A stretch of DNA of 64,000 bases from Eledone cirrhosa. Taxonomy: Eukaryota. Below, one piece after another: positions 44,309 through 57,720 of the stretch. The notes below the pieces were generated by a model. That model had not been told where the DNA came from, made no database searches, and saw nothing but the letters and a program-made list of their open reading frames with translations. The position numbers were made by a program, and so were the translations under genes. Each line of letters starts with the position of its first letter. The stretch's first letter is position 1. The DNA is taken from the NCBI GenBank assembly GCA_964016885.1, contig OZ024744.1, positions 83,328,001-83,392,000 on the forward strand. Direction: 5' to 3'.

Positions 44309-44579
44309 AATGTATGTATGTATGTATGTATGTATGTATGTATGTATGTATGTATGTATGTATGTATGTATGTATGTATGTGTGAATGTATGAATGCATG
44401 TATGTGTGTATGCATTTGTGTAATTATACAGAAACAGACAGATATATATATATATATACATATATAAATATCTTTGATTGTGTGTATGTCCACATATATA
44501 TTTACTAGGTAACATAAAGTGATTCACTGAGTTGTTATACGAAGGGTAATACTCACTCTTCGTTATATATATATATATA

Positions 44580-44660
44580 TAACGAAGGGGGTGTGGTAAA
44601 CAACCAGATGGACTATAACGCACCAGAGTACTCAATACTTAGAGTAGTAGAGTGGGTAGT
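44580..44660 (-). mobile_element. Family P1 tail fragment
   Basis: aacgaag...accagatggactataacgcaccagagtactcaatacttagagtagtagagtgggta. Confidence 0.8.
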
Positions 44661-44688
44661 TCGTACGGTTATCTTTCCTGTTCCTATA

Positions 44689-44746
44689 ACCATGCACATC
44701 CCGAGCTGAAGATCCGCTGAGGTGAAACAATTGTTCTCGGTATGGT
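44689..44746 (+). ncRNA. Minimal type I hammerhead ribozyme
   Basis: accat..ccgag-CTGAAGA-tcc gctga ggt-GAAA-caattg-TT-ctcgg t atggt. Confidence 0.85.
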
Positions 44747-44769
44747 GAACTAACTGTTGTGTAACCACT

Positions 44770-44871
<102 letters not shown>

Positions 44872-44929
44872 TGTGTGTATGCGTGCATATGTGTGTGTTT
44901 GTGTTCGTGTATGCATGTTTAAATCTGCG

Positions 44930-44960
<31 letters not shown>

Positions 44961-44980
44961 ATGTGTGTGTGTGAGAGAGA

Positions 44981-45014
<34 letters not shown>

Positions 45015-45516
45015 GGGGGGGGCTTCTAGATGTGTGAGTGTGTTTATGCGTATTTCTGTACATTCATTCTATTAAGATGTGTGTGGGTGTCTCCTGTGCT
45101 ATTTATATATGTATGTAGAAATGAATTGAAGAAAGTTATATGATGAATAAAGGAGACGAATTAAACAATATATAAAATAAAAAAATGTGACTAAATTAAG
45201 CAGGAATGAAAAGTATGACAGAAATTGAGATACAAGTTTCGTATGCACAGCGTATATGTTTCACTAAACATTCTTTAAGGCGAAGTCGTATAAAAAATGT
45301 GAAGCGGTCTGTTCCTCCATAGTAACTCATATTGGTTTACATTTTGCTTCGTATAGCAAGTGAAACTATTATGGCTGTATCAAACTGACACAGGTATAAT
45401 CGAAAATGTAATAGTTTATGTAAAAATCTGCAAAGAAATGGAATCCCAAGGCGTTAAATATCGCTAGTGAAGGGGTTCTTGAAAGTTTAAATGCCTTTCA
45501 TTATCATATGTTGTAC

Positions 45517-45880
45517 GCCATGCGTTGACGTATAGAGTTACGGCCCTTTATGATCTGAGTTCAAATCCCGCTGAGGTTAACTTTGCCTTTCATCCTTACG
45601 GGGTTGATAAAATAAAGTACCAGTAATTCACTGGGTGATTGCTGGCCTTGTGCCAAAAGTAGAAACAATTATCATATGTTGTACTTTACTCACAGCTGCA
45701 ATGTGATACCTTATAGTTACGTCCCTTTCCGTTCTGAGTTCAAATCCTGTCAAGGTTAACTTTGCCTTTCATCCTTACGGGGTCGATAAAATAAAGTACC
45801 AGTAATGCACTGGAGTCGATTTAATCGACTTTCCCCCATCCGCAAAATTACTGGCCTTGTGCCTAAATCAGAAACCATTA
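45517..45880 (+). mobile_element. Two 5'-truncated SINE family A copies
   Basis: About 45517-45672 short form and 45713-45880 long form. Confidence 0.9.
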
Positions 45881-46066
45881 TTTCCTACTGGCACAGAAAT
45901 GTTCAAACGTTTCCTCAAGAGAAGCGATTATCTATACACGAAGTAACTGGGATGGAAGTATAAAACTGATTAGTCGTAGAGAGTTTTTGGTCCAAACTAG
46001 CTTGCTAGGCTTGCGTGTGTGAATGGTGGGTAACCAACAATCTTTTTCATTTTTTAGTAATTATAT

Positions 46067-46255
46067 TAATTGTTTCTACTTTAGGCACAAGGCCAGCAAT
46101 TACCCAGTGCATTACTGGTACTTTATTTTATCGACCCCGTAAGGATGAAAGGCAAAGTTAACCTCGGCGGGATTTGAACTCAGATCGTAAAGGGACGTAA
46201 CTATGTTGGAAAGCATGGCGTCCGACCCTCTACCGATAATGCCAATCCACCGCCC
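46067..46255 (-). mobile_element. Full-length SINE family A
   Basis: Complete reverse-complement copy; gtaattatattaat occurs on both sides (probable TSD). Confidence 0.92.
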
Positions 46256-46863
46256 TTGTAATTATATTAATATATCTTATTTTGATCGTTATATGTAACT
46301 TTAAACGTACTAGATATGAAAATTTAAAACCGACCATTGCATAACTTCGTTACCTGCTACCATGTTTTTCATATTACTTTGTCCAACCCTTCCTACATAT
46401 ATTGTATCCTAATAAATACACGTACAACTAATTGTAATCCTACCTTGAATACAGCGTACAGCAATAATCTTTGGCGGCTAAGAGTTCGACAAACTTCTGC
46501 TAACACCCTTTAAGACCCCCCCCTACTCACCACACCCTAATTTCTTTTATTTTTTTAAGCATTTAGAGATATGCAGTTCCCATTACCTTTTTTTCCTTTC
46601 TTCAGGGCTTCTGATGCTGGTGAGAGGATGTTGAGATATTTCTCAACTACAATAATAATGGTATTTAATGAACGTTAACTAGGTTTGGCGATTGTGGATT
46701 GCTTTTGAAGAAAAGTTTTCAAATACAAGCAATTGCCAAAGGCTTATAACTATTTCGGTATATTCTGTGAAATTGTATTGTCTATTGACGATTGTCGTTC
46801 GCTGCAAGGTAACACACAAACAAACAATACAACAGCAGACCAGTATATAAAAATACAAATACA

Positions 46864-46864
46864 T

Positions 46865-46948
<84 letters not shown>
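46864..46948. repeat. (AAC)n(AAT)n microsatellite
   Basis: Direct reading. Confidence 0.95.
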
Positions 46949-46949
<1 letters not shown>

Positions 46950-47331
46950 TATCACAGTGTCTGTTTGGTTGCTTTTTTTTTCAAAAAAATTGAACTAAAT
47001 ATAACAAAGAAAAAAAGAACAGTATTACTTTTAAAAATGTAATTAATAATATAATAAAGTACTGACTTCGAAGTTCATACAAGTGTACGTACACATTCTC
47101 AAACACGAACAGATTCGCACACACAGGGGCATGCATACAGACTCACAAACACATAAACTTGCATACGATATATAAATACACATACACACACACACACACA
47201 CACATACATACATAAATGCATACATACACACATAAACATACATATACATGCATATATATTTTATATATAAATGTATATGTATATATACATATATATGTAT
47301 ATATACATATATATATATATGTATGTGTGTT

Positions 47332-47673
<342 letters not shown>

Positions 47674-48162
47674 AAATATATATATATATATATATGGTTC
47701 TGATATACTTACAAATGCACATTCAAACATATAGTTAGCATATAACAACTACATATAGAAACGTATTATAGATATAGAATCGTAAGTATATGTACACATA
47801 TAATTCAAAACATACAAATCCATACATGCAATGGTATTCACATACAAACACATATAGATATGCATACATAATTACCTAGTTCAAGACCAAAGAAATAATC
47901 GTTTTTTTTTTGTGTATTAGAAACCGTCTCTCTCTCCCTCTCTCTCCCCCCTCTCTTTCATTCTCTCTCTCTTTCTTTCTCTCTCTCTATCTCTATCTCT
48001 CTCTCTATCTATCTATTTATCTCTCTATTGGTGAGAAATTAATAAAAAAAACAATAAAACCGGAAAAACATACATACATGCATAGATTCATACATACATA
48101 TTTACATGCACACATATATACATATCTACGTATGCAGACATGCATAATTGTATGTTTGTGTG

Positions 48163-48200
<38 letters not shown>

Positions 48201-48547
48201 GGAAGATAGGAAATATATATCAGTGTAAATAGTTCACTCAAGAATCATATGTAATGAGTTAGATTCCACAGCATGACATCTTAGGCACGTGTAATCTACT
48301 AAATCTTCTAGTCGACACGGCGAATTAGCTAGGCGAAAATCCGTAAAATTTATCATTTTTTTTTTTCGGGAGAGGGAATGTCTGTGACTGTAAATTGGAA
48401 GCTTAATCCTCCCTGAGAATTAGGTTAAACATAAACACAATTTCACGAGAAGACTCTCCTTATAAACTGACTGGAGCACTCATTGTCGATTTTCTTCGTA
48501 TATATAAGCACACACACATTCATATATATATATATATATATATGTAT

Positions 48548-48640
48548 GTAAAAGCTAAACAGAAATAACAACACAATAGGTACAGTATATGGAAGGAATA
48601 TATTAGGTTAGCGCTTGAAATAGCAGGAAAAGGGTTATAC
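48548..48640 (-). mobile_element. Tail of the 53330-53460 hammerhead family, truncated just before the ribozyme
   Basis: acagtatatggaaggaatatattaggttagcgcttgaaatagcaggaa matches 53368-53416. Confidence 0.75.
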
Positions 48641-48790
48641 TTATATACAAATATATTTAGAGGGAGATATGTGCGTGCGCGTCTCTTTCTCATTCAATAT
48701 TTCTAAGCTTCTATCTCTTTATCTTTCTCTATCAACGTATATGTGGATAGAGAGAGGAATATGTGGGAAGAGTGAGAGAAAGAGAGAACA

Positions 48791-48887
<97 letters not shown>

Positions 48888-48948
48888 ATGGATAGAAAGA
48901 CAAACAGACACCCAGACTATGATGCAGAATAAAAATAAGACACGCAAA

Positions 48949-49003
<55 letters not shown>

Positions 49004-51912
49004 GGAGGAAAATCCACCTGCAAATTATACATGCTCACTGTATTCTCATCTGTCAAAATCCTATATGAACACAAAAGTGTAAAACTATATTTCAAAAATA
49101 TATTTTAAGGGTTGATAAAAATCTATTATTTTTTTTTTAAATATCGTATCATTTTTCTTTAATATTTATGTTACAATTTTGTTTGTTTTAATTTGTTTTA
49201 CAAATATCGATATTTTGGGTGGGAAATGAAAATTAAAGCATTGATTGAGTGGTTTAGTTTCAGAATGTCAGTTCTCGTTTATACGAGATGAACATTCTTC
49301 TTGTAATGATGCATAGGAAAAAATTTAATATCTTTAAAAAAAATGTTCTTGCAACTTTTTTTATAAACTGAAAGATATATTTTCTTGATATTTCGAGGCC
49401 ATCTGTTGCTAAGTCTAGGTTATTAGATTGTTTCTTGAGATATAACATTTACATCGATGTCGATGTAGTTTTTGTACATGACCTAAACAATTTTGCCAAA
49501 AATTGTTTTTATACTTGAAGTATAATTTTTTTTAAGGTTGTATGCCGATAGGAGAAAAGTATTCAACGCCTCATAGCGAGTCCTTCTTCGGTGAGAAAGA
49601 AACGTTTTTCTTTGTCCTCAGTTTATGAGCGCATGGAAATTGGAAAGGCTGTTTATCTAGATTCTGTCCTTTTTATATGTATTATTATTTTTCTTTACGT
49701 TTATATACGTCATTATAAACATCGAATTGTTGTGTCAAAGAGGCACAAAAATGAAAATTACCTTATCTAACCCCAAGTCAAAAGCATCATGACCATGATG
49801 ACCCCATCATTCTCTCAGATAATGCATATCAAAGCCAATATTAACAAATGTATCTCTCCCTTTTCAAGACTATAGTGTTTAATTTCAGAGATATTTGCCC
49901 CCTACTTCTAGAATTCATTGTTGGGGCAGTGTTGCTGTGCAAAGTGTAATAATAACTAATAATTTTGTGATAAAATCTACAAACACAAAATATAAAGAAG
50001 GCTGTGGCAATGTTTGATCTCATCTACCAAGTATTTAATACGGAATAAACAAACTTAAAGATGCATGTTCTTTTAAGAATAATACTGGTCATTTAGATGA
50101 TCATGACAAATACATTGATATTTAAAATGGTGTTCTACATGCTAGTAGAATATTAGTAGAAATATATTCATCTTCCTTCCAACTCAGACTTAACTGAACT
50201 GATTTATCGAAGTCATAACCATTTTTTCTTTCTCTTACTGCGTCTCTATGACTACATTATCTAATGTGTCCCTATTTCTTAAGAAGGCTGTACGATTTGC
50301 TATTTTTAGTAGAAATTGAAATGTATTAACTATCCAAACATCGCTGTTCTAATTTATACATATAGCTATTTCTAACATAGACACAACGTCAGTTATTTCG
50401 AAGTAAGACATAATCAGCTATATTGACAATTCTTTCCTGGTACCCATTTCATGGACGTTGATCACAGCGGGATTTTACTTATAACAAAGATCCATAGTTT
50501 AATACCACTAGTTATTTTATGTTGCCTATTCTGCCCATCCACATCATTTTAATTGGTTCTAATATTAAATATTTATTATAGACATTTACATTCACCAAAC
50601 TATCCTGTTGGTTATGTTAATATCCGTATTACAATATCCGTTAGTGTTGCTGTATTCCATACCAGTAATAATGCATTGTAAGATTTGAGTGTTGATGTGC
50701 TGGAGTACATTGCTGGTGATTTTTAAGATAGTTTTTACTGTCGTTTTATGTTGTAGTGTAAAGGTGGTGTGATATTTGACAATGATGTTTAAAGTACTAT
50801 TGTTATACATGTTTTTCTTTTGTAGTGTCATTGTATTCTAATATAATTTTAGCATGGTTGGAATACTAATATATTCTAATATATTATAGGTATGTTTCTA
50901 TATTACAGGGCTAGTGTGCTGCAACATTCTAAAGTTAACGTGGGGGCATATTAGCAATATCTGAGGCAGTACTATTACATCATAGGTTAGTGTTGATGTT
51001 GATGAGCTTTAGATTAGTGTTGGTGTTTGGTAGTGGTAATGGTATTGGTGTATATGTGGCAGTAATGCACAAATCACTATTGGTATATAGTATTGAAATG
51101 CGAGTGTACTCCATGCCAATATTATGCGAGGATACGTTAATGTCTTATGAATAAACAAAAATGTGTGTCTAATAATTTTTGTAAGTTTGTTAAGCTCATC
51201 TGTTGATAAAATCTAGTAAATGAAGTATTTTATTATGAATTTAAATTTGCCATCATCTCTTGTAAATTTAACTTGCTTCTCTGCGATATATTGCTGATAT
51301 GATGCAGCTGCAGTGTAGAGTACGGGTAGGGGAAGATGAGAAAGTCAAATTAACTCTAGTTAAACATGTTTACTTGTGTTAGAAAATATATATATAACAT
51401 AAAATAATCGATTGAGAGATACGAGTGAAAATAGATAGCCTGATTGAAGGCAATGAACTCGATGACATTTCAGCTATACAAATGTCTGTCTGCAACTAAG
51501 GGAATGTCTCTATAATTCAAAACGCCTTAAGATACTAACATTCAATAGAAATCGCCTGAAACAATAGATAAAGGTCACTGTAAGGGGTTGTCACCAATTT
51601 AGTTATATTTTATCTCGACTGAGAAGCGAGACGCATTTAACAGATCGTCATTTCTATATCTTTTAAGATCGAAAAAATGCCCGTGCTTTTACTAGTTCGC
51701 CTTAAAGAAAAGATCTATTTTTTTTGTATTGACTTTAATTTTCAGAAGTTACACTTCGTTAATATTATTCGAGTTAACTAACTTGATTTTCTTGTTTGTT
51801 TTTTTCATATCGTAAACACCCGCTAGAGTTATTTTCTGCCTACTAATTGCAGGGAAAATCCCAGTTAATCGAAGTCTGTAAACTCATTATATTACACATG
51901 GAAACTCTACAG

Positions 51913-51951
51913 CAGACATGTCAAACTGCGGCCACATGTTTGACATGCCTG
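51913..51951. mobile_element. 39-bp hAT-type MITE with 8-bp target site duplication
   Basis: TIRs CAGACATGTCAAAC / GTTTGACATGCCTG (13 of 14 match); CTCTACAG duplicated at 51905-51912 and 51952-51959. Confidence 0.85.
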
Positions 51952-52314
51952 CTCTACAGTATAATATGCAGAACGATCAACTGAAATACTTCCCCACAGC
52001 ACTATTGCTGGTATTTAGATGTCATTGGGAGATTCGCTCAGTGAGAGGGTGTGATCTTTATAGAGAGTAAATGTGAAGTACTGAATTAGAATTATAATAT
52101 AGACGATATTATTCTCACTTGAACCTTGTCTAAACATTCTGTTGTCATAATCGTTGTCACTTCCATTGATTTCGTTAAATTTTCCCCATGATTAACGACA
52201 CATACACACATACGCATACGAACATATACATACATATAGACATGCATGAATGCATGTTTGCATAGACACACACACACACACACAGGCACGCGCATAAAAT
52301 ATATATATATATAT

Positions 52315-52450
52315 ATATATAAGATCAAAAGATGGTTAAAGGAGTTCCATGTATTTTATTATGCACATTTCAAAAACAAACATCATCATGCAATAATATT
52401 TGTGTTTTCATCAACTGGAACTCCTTTAACCATCTTTTGATCTTATATAT
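52315..52450. repeat. About 35-bp perfect inverted repeat beside a (TA)n tract
   Basis: atataagatcaaaagatggttaaaggagttcca ... tggaactcctttaaccatcttttgatcttatat. Confidence 0.9.
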
Positions 52451-52713
52451 TATGTATACTCCAGTCCTACAAACTGTAGAGTGCTTCTTATCCGATATCT
52501 GCATTGCTTTATTGTACTACAATAAAACTCACCTCCTACACATATATATATATATATATATATATTGTTATACTTTGGGAGGGTCATGTTGCCAATAAGA
52601 AACACACGCACCAGTTGCTTTCACTTCAATTTATTATAAATTAAATTTATAAATTTAGGAATTTATAAATTTCCGGTTGGTTGGTTCCACAACCAGACGA
52701 TTGTTCATATATT

Positions 52714-52756
52714 GTCAAAGTTCTTTCGTCACACATTCTGTGACCTCTTCAGTGAC
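52714..52756 (-). ncRNA. Minimal type I hammerhead ribozyme
   Basis: gtca-CTGAAGA-g gtcaca gaatg tgtgac-GAAA-gaac-TT-tgac; lies in an island (about 52565-52885) between (TA)n tracts. Confidence 0.8.
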
Positions 52757-52882
52757 TGGGGATTCTTTTATTTGTTTTTGTGCCTCTCCTTTGTTCTGTC
52801 CTACGCCATCTTGTTTTTGTGTGTATATCGGTTTCAACACACGTTTTCAGATAAAGAATCTTGCTAAACAAATTCAGAAACG

Positions 52883-52922
<40 letters not shown>

Positions 52923-52929
<7 letters not shown>

Positions 52930-53097
52930 GAGCCCCTACATGGACACACTAGAAGAGGAAGACCAAGGTTAACGTATGTTGATGCCCTAAGGACAGACAC
53001 TGGTCTGTTGGAGACGCAGGACATGGCAGCGATAATGAGGGACAGAGACCGCTGGAGAGAACCCGTCCATGGATCTCGGGAATTTTACCCGCCTTAG
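52923..53097 (+). mobile_element. 3' fragment of an RTE-type LINE ORF inside (TA)n
   Basis: WEPLHGHTRRGRPRLTYVDALRTDTGL...MRDRDRWR; GRP...DR-x-x-WR is typical of RTE-group C-termini. Confidence 0.8.
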
Positions 53098-53195
53098 AAT
53101 ATATATATATATATATATATATGCGCGTGTGTGTGTGTATCTCGGGTTCAATCGGGGGTAACCACAGTAAGTAAGGTACTCCATACAGGGAAGAG

Positions 53196-53316
53196 TATAT
53201 ATATTTAATATAGAAATGGCTTCATTCGAAGGAAATCATCAGCAAAACACCTTATGATTTCTTTCGAATGAAACAGTTCTAGTCCTGTAGAAGCCATTTC
53301 TATATTAAATATATAT
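53196..53316. mobile_element. Fold-back island whose two arms together reconstruct a hammerhead
   Basis: Left arm (minus): CTGATGA-tttccttcgaat-GAAgccatttc; right arm (plus): ATGA-tttctttcgaat-GAAA-cag..ctg-TA-gaagccatttc. Confidence 0.7.
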
Positions 53317-53421
53317 ATATTTATATATATATGTAAAAGATAAACAAAAATAACAACACATGATAGTTACAGTATGTGGAAGGAATATATTAGGTTAACG
53401 CTTGAAATAGCAGGAAGAGGG

Positions 53422-53457
53422 TCTTAACGTTTCGGACGCTAGTCCTTCATCAGAAGA
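53422..53457 (-). ncRNA. Minimal type I hammerhead ribozyme
   Basis: tctt-CTGATGA-a ggac tagc gtcc-GAAA-cg-TT-aaga; AACGTT palindromic stem III. Confidence 0.85.
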
Positions 53458-53545
53458 AAGAATGAGAAATAAGATATATTGAAGAGACGGGCGGGTTGGA
53501 ATTGGAAAAAATGTCTTTAGATAAAAACAACAGGTCCATTCATGT

Positions 53546-53592
<47 letters not shown>

Positions 53593-53688
53593 CTTACATA
53601 CATAGATACATATATATCTTTACGTGTATATATGTATTATGTGGGCGCGTATGTATGTACGGATTTTAGTCTTCACATTTATTATTAT

Positions 53689-53730
<42 letters not shown>

Positions 53731-53857
53731 CGTCTCTCTCATATTATTGTTCTGCAACCCCATGCATTGAACCACATAGTTACTAAGACAAAACCTATAT
53801 ATTTGCTAACATAAGTATGCATCTGTGTATATATATGTTACTAGATATACTAATTCT

Positions 53858-53959
<102 letters not shown>

Positions 53960-54414
53960 CTCAGCCTAGCCACAACTTCTTTTTCATCATAATCATTTTT
54001 CATTCCTTCCTTCCTTCCTAGCTTCCTTTATATTTTGTCTCACAAACATTATATAATGACTAAGAGGATAAAATGAAAAAATAAAAAAATACCGTATATT
54101 AGAGATACAATTATGCAGCAAGTCAAAATAGAGAGAGGTGGGGGTGGGGAAGAGTTAGGGTGAGTGATTGTGTGAGTGTGTGAGAGAATGAGAGTGAAAG
54201 AGTGAATGAAAGAGAGAGAAAGTTACAGCAAGAGAGAGTACGAATGTATGAAAATGACAGAGGGAGCGAGAGACGGCCAGAACTAATACAGAGAGTACAT
54301 ACATACATACATACATACATACATACATACATACATACATACATACATACATGATGGCTGCCCCCTTGTTATCGAGTATGACCATTGCATTTTATACCAT
54401 TATTAATAATTATT

Positions 54415-54880
54415 AATTAATTCTATCGTGCAATGCCTGTGCGTGAAGATATTTTTTAAAGTGAGGAAAGACTGTGCACTGAGCCAATCCCACTCTCTGA
54501 GCGACAGTAGCTATAACAAGAAAAGATCAACATCATCGATAACTGCTGAGCCGCAGGTTTTATATCGGAGTTATCCCAGTTTTCTGAGTTGCCTTCTCCT
54601 AGAAGAATGCCCTGACAAAGGCTAGGGGTCCTTCACTCCCAGTGGTTTAACCGCGCGGTACATGTGTATATACATATTTACATATTTACACACTTGTGGA
54701 TGGGCGTTGACTCTTATGAGTTCTTCCGCCTTTGACAGGTCTTGTTTTTTGTCCTGCAGGGTGTCCAAAATCATCCTCCAAGTAAACTTGGTGGGGTGTC
54801 CGGTTTAGTCGCCGACGTTCCGACCATGTGACAGGTTGTACTGGGTTACATCTTACCAGTAGCACTCATGAGTGACCCGA
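54415..54880 (-). mobile_element. Second copy of the 41138-41693 repeat
   Basis: Colinear high similarity and the same end points (aattaattctatcgtgcaatgcctgt ... gagtgacccga). Confidence 0.75.
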
Positions 54881-56639
54881 TATACATGCATACAAACATA
54901 CATACATCGTGTATTTGAGTGTATGTATATGTATGTGTGTATTTTAACATCAATTTCCTTGTTTCTTCGGTTTGCTATTCTTAAATTTATTTAGGAACTC
55001 AGAAAAATCAGTCCATTATTCATTCAAATCTCTATTCTACTCTTCCATTGCTATACATATTCACTTTTCTTTGTTTCACATTGAATATAATTTTGACTTA
55101 TAGACAAGTGTTTCAAATATTTTGTATAAATATTAGCACTCTGTGAACTTTTCTTCAATTCATCTTCCAGCAAAACCCTTTTAAAATAATTCTTTTACCA
55201 TTTATTATATTTTATATATTTATATATATATTTATTTATTTGTATTTTACATATTCATTTTGCTTTCTGTTTTTTGTTGCTAATTTGCAGTTGGTAATGA
55301 GTTTTTTAAAAGTTTCCAACATAAAACTCAATTATCATCTCATACAGCACGGTTAATGACAAGCCTAGAAGCTGAACCAGCTTCTAGCATTCCTTATTGT
55401 TCTCTCAAACAACGCACCAACAGCCCCTTACACTCGCTTCCCCACACGCTTTCTCTCTTTTAATGAACAATACTTCTCAACATTTCTGATACTTCCAGCA
55501 GTTTATACAATAGATCAACAAGCTCAACGATTTATTATTATTTTCGTCTTCTTTTTTTTTTTTTTTTTTTTTAATTCCTGGGGACTAGACAGTGAGGTAA
55601 AGCTCATTTCACTTGCCAAGTAATAAAGAAAGGAACTTAAAAAAATAATGAAATGGAAATTATTTTAGGAAAGTATATATATCAAATACATTATAAATTT
55701 TCTAAAAATATGATCTCAGTATTTTCTGTATGTTCTTTATATTCATCAATATCAATTAACAAACCGACTTGATATTATTGCACCTTCTTATGAATAAATA
55801 TGGCTGAAAACAATTCAAATTATATTAGTAAGTATCTATTTTCTAAAGCTGTGCATGTTCTTTTCGCAAAAAGAGCTTCTTATTGTATCCTTGGGTATCT
55901 TCCTGATCTGTTCTCTCATCTAAATATGAAGGCATAGCGTCCATGTTACTGCCGTCCCAGTAATAATGTATCGTTGTGAACAATTTATTCCTTTATAAGT
56001 ATTATATACAATACTAAGATATTTAATATGGAAAATACGGCAGGTGTAAAAACTCCAGAGGAGATTTCAGTATACTAAATACAATACTATATGGTCTCCC
56101 GTAAGATAGTGAGGTGGAAAAAAATGAGGTGAAAAGTTAGATTATAGATGGAATAAATAGACAAAACCTACCCCTATGGATACTAAAAAAATCAAAATAC
56201 AGCTAATAAGGTATAACTCCATACTCCTATGAAGAACAAAGGTTTAGAGCCAATAAGGAAGTCTCTATACGGTTATTTGAATTGCTTTATAAGAATGTGG
56301 GTGGAGTGCTCATTGAATATTTTGTGTCTAAGTCCACTATTCCTCGGAATATATCTTTGCTCATTGGGCTACCGAATCAGGGCTGATTTGACATTGGAAT
56401 ATGTTTGACTATAGGGTTGGAAGATGAAGTTTGACAGATAAGCAACAACAGCTATAACACTTATAAGACTGTTAATATATCTTAAGCTTGTCATTTCATA
56501 TAGTTGAGTATCCACAGACAATTGTCGATTTATCACCTGTGTATTTGCCTTTCCCATATCAGAATGTTTACCACCCGCTGTTAAACACATGTCTCTATAT
56601 CGGCAGACTCTACTATGACAAAAGATGAGAACAAGTCAC

Positions 56640-57410
56640 ACCCTTTTGTCGAATTTGTCGTTTTGAATGCATGCACGCGCACACACGGCATCAATCTCGA
56701 CACTACTTCGTTTCTGGCCCCTGAGATGGAACATGCTCTGGCCTACTGGACAGACGAAGGCCTCCCTATCTCCCAGTTTACTACGGTCCAACGTAACTGG
56801 GACGACATCAATTGCAGGTTTTCTGTCAGGCGGATCGAGTCTGGTTTGGACCAACACCGCCTCACCTGCCTCCACTCCGCTTCTCAGCTAACAGCAACGC
56901 GTGGCTCAATTCAGTGCCCTCCTCATCAACCGGTACCCTTCTTGATGACGAGTGCACTCGCATCGGAGTAGCCCAACGCCTCGCAGAAGAACGTAAAATA
57001 AACAAATACCGGGGATTGTCCGACCGCTACCTCTTCACACCGGTCGCCGTTGAGACCTCGGGCGTACTTAGACCCCATACAGCTGAGCTCCTCCTCAAGA
57101 TCAGAACGTCGGCGGCCCGGCTGAGGAAGGAGCCCCACGAGGTTGCGTGGCTGTTGCAGCGGGTGTCACTGGCCATCGTCCACAGGAATGCTTTTGCAGT
57201 CCTTTCCGCGGTGCCCGACACTTCTGCCCTGTTGCCCTAGGCCCAAAGACCCATCACCCTCCCCCTTCAGCCCTCTCCTCTCTTCTGCGACACCAGTGCT
57301 ATTGCCATCCCCTCCTCTTCCCGTTCCTTTTTTCTTTCTTTTTCTTTATTTTCTCTATATTTCCCTATTCTTTTTTTTTCTTTTGTTTTCTTTTCTTTTT
57401 TATTATTATT
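56640..57410 (+). mobile_element. 5'-truncated CRE-like RLE non-LTR retrotransposon with an internal deletion
   Basis: QRNWDD; (frameshift) AWLNSVPSSSTGTLLDD..RIGVAQRL; AEERKINKY...FTPVAVETSG...LQRVSLAIVHRNA, typical of CRE C-termini; pyrimidine-rich 3' UTR ending in (TTA)n. Confidence 0.8.
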
Positions 57411-57419
57411 GCCGTTATT

Positions 57420-57720
57420 AGGGCGGTGAAATGGCAGTATTAGTAGAGGGTCAGACATGCTTTCCAGCGTAGTTACGTCCCTTTACGATCTGAGTTCACA
57501 TCCCACCGAGGTTAACTTTGCCTTTCATCCTTACAGGGTCGATAAAATGAAGTACCAGTAATACACTGGGTATTTGCTGGCCTTGTGCCAAAAGTAGAAA
57601 CAATTATTATTGCCGTTATTATAGTTGTCATTATCATTGGCAGTATCGGCAGAGAATCGGAAACCATGCTTTGTCGCATAGAATTACGGTCCTTTACGGT
57701 CTGTGTTCAAATCCCTCCAG
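57420..57720 (+). mobile_element. SINE family A copy plus the head of a second copy
   Basis: Full copy about 57420-57610; ttattattgccgttatta on both sides (probable TSD); head only at 57637-57720. Confidence 0.88.
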
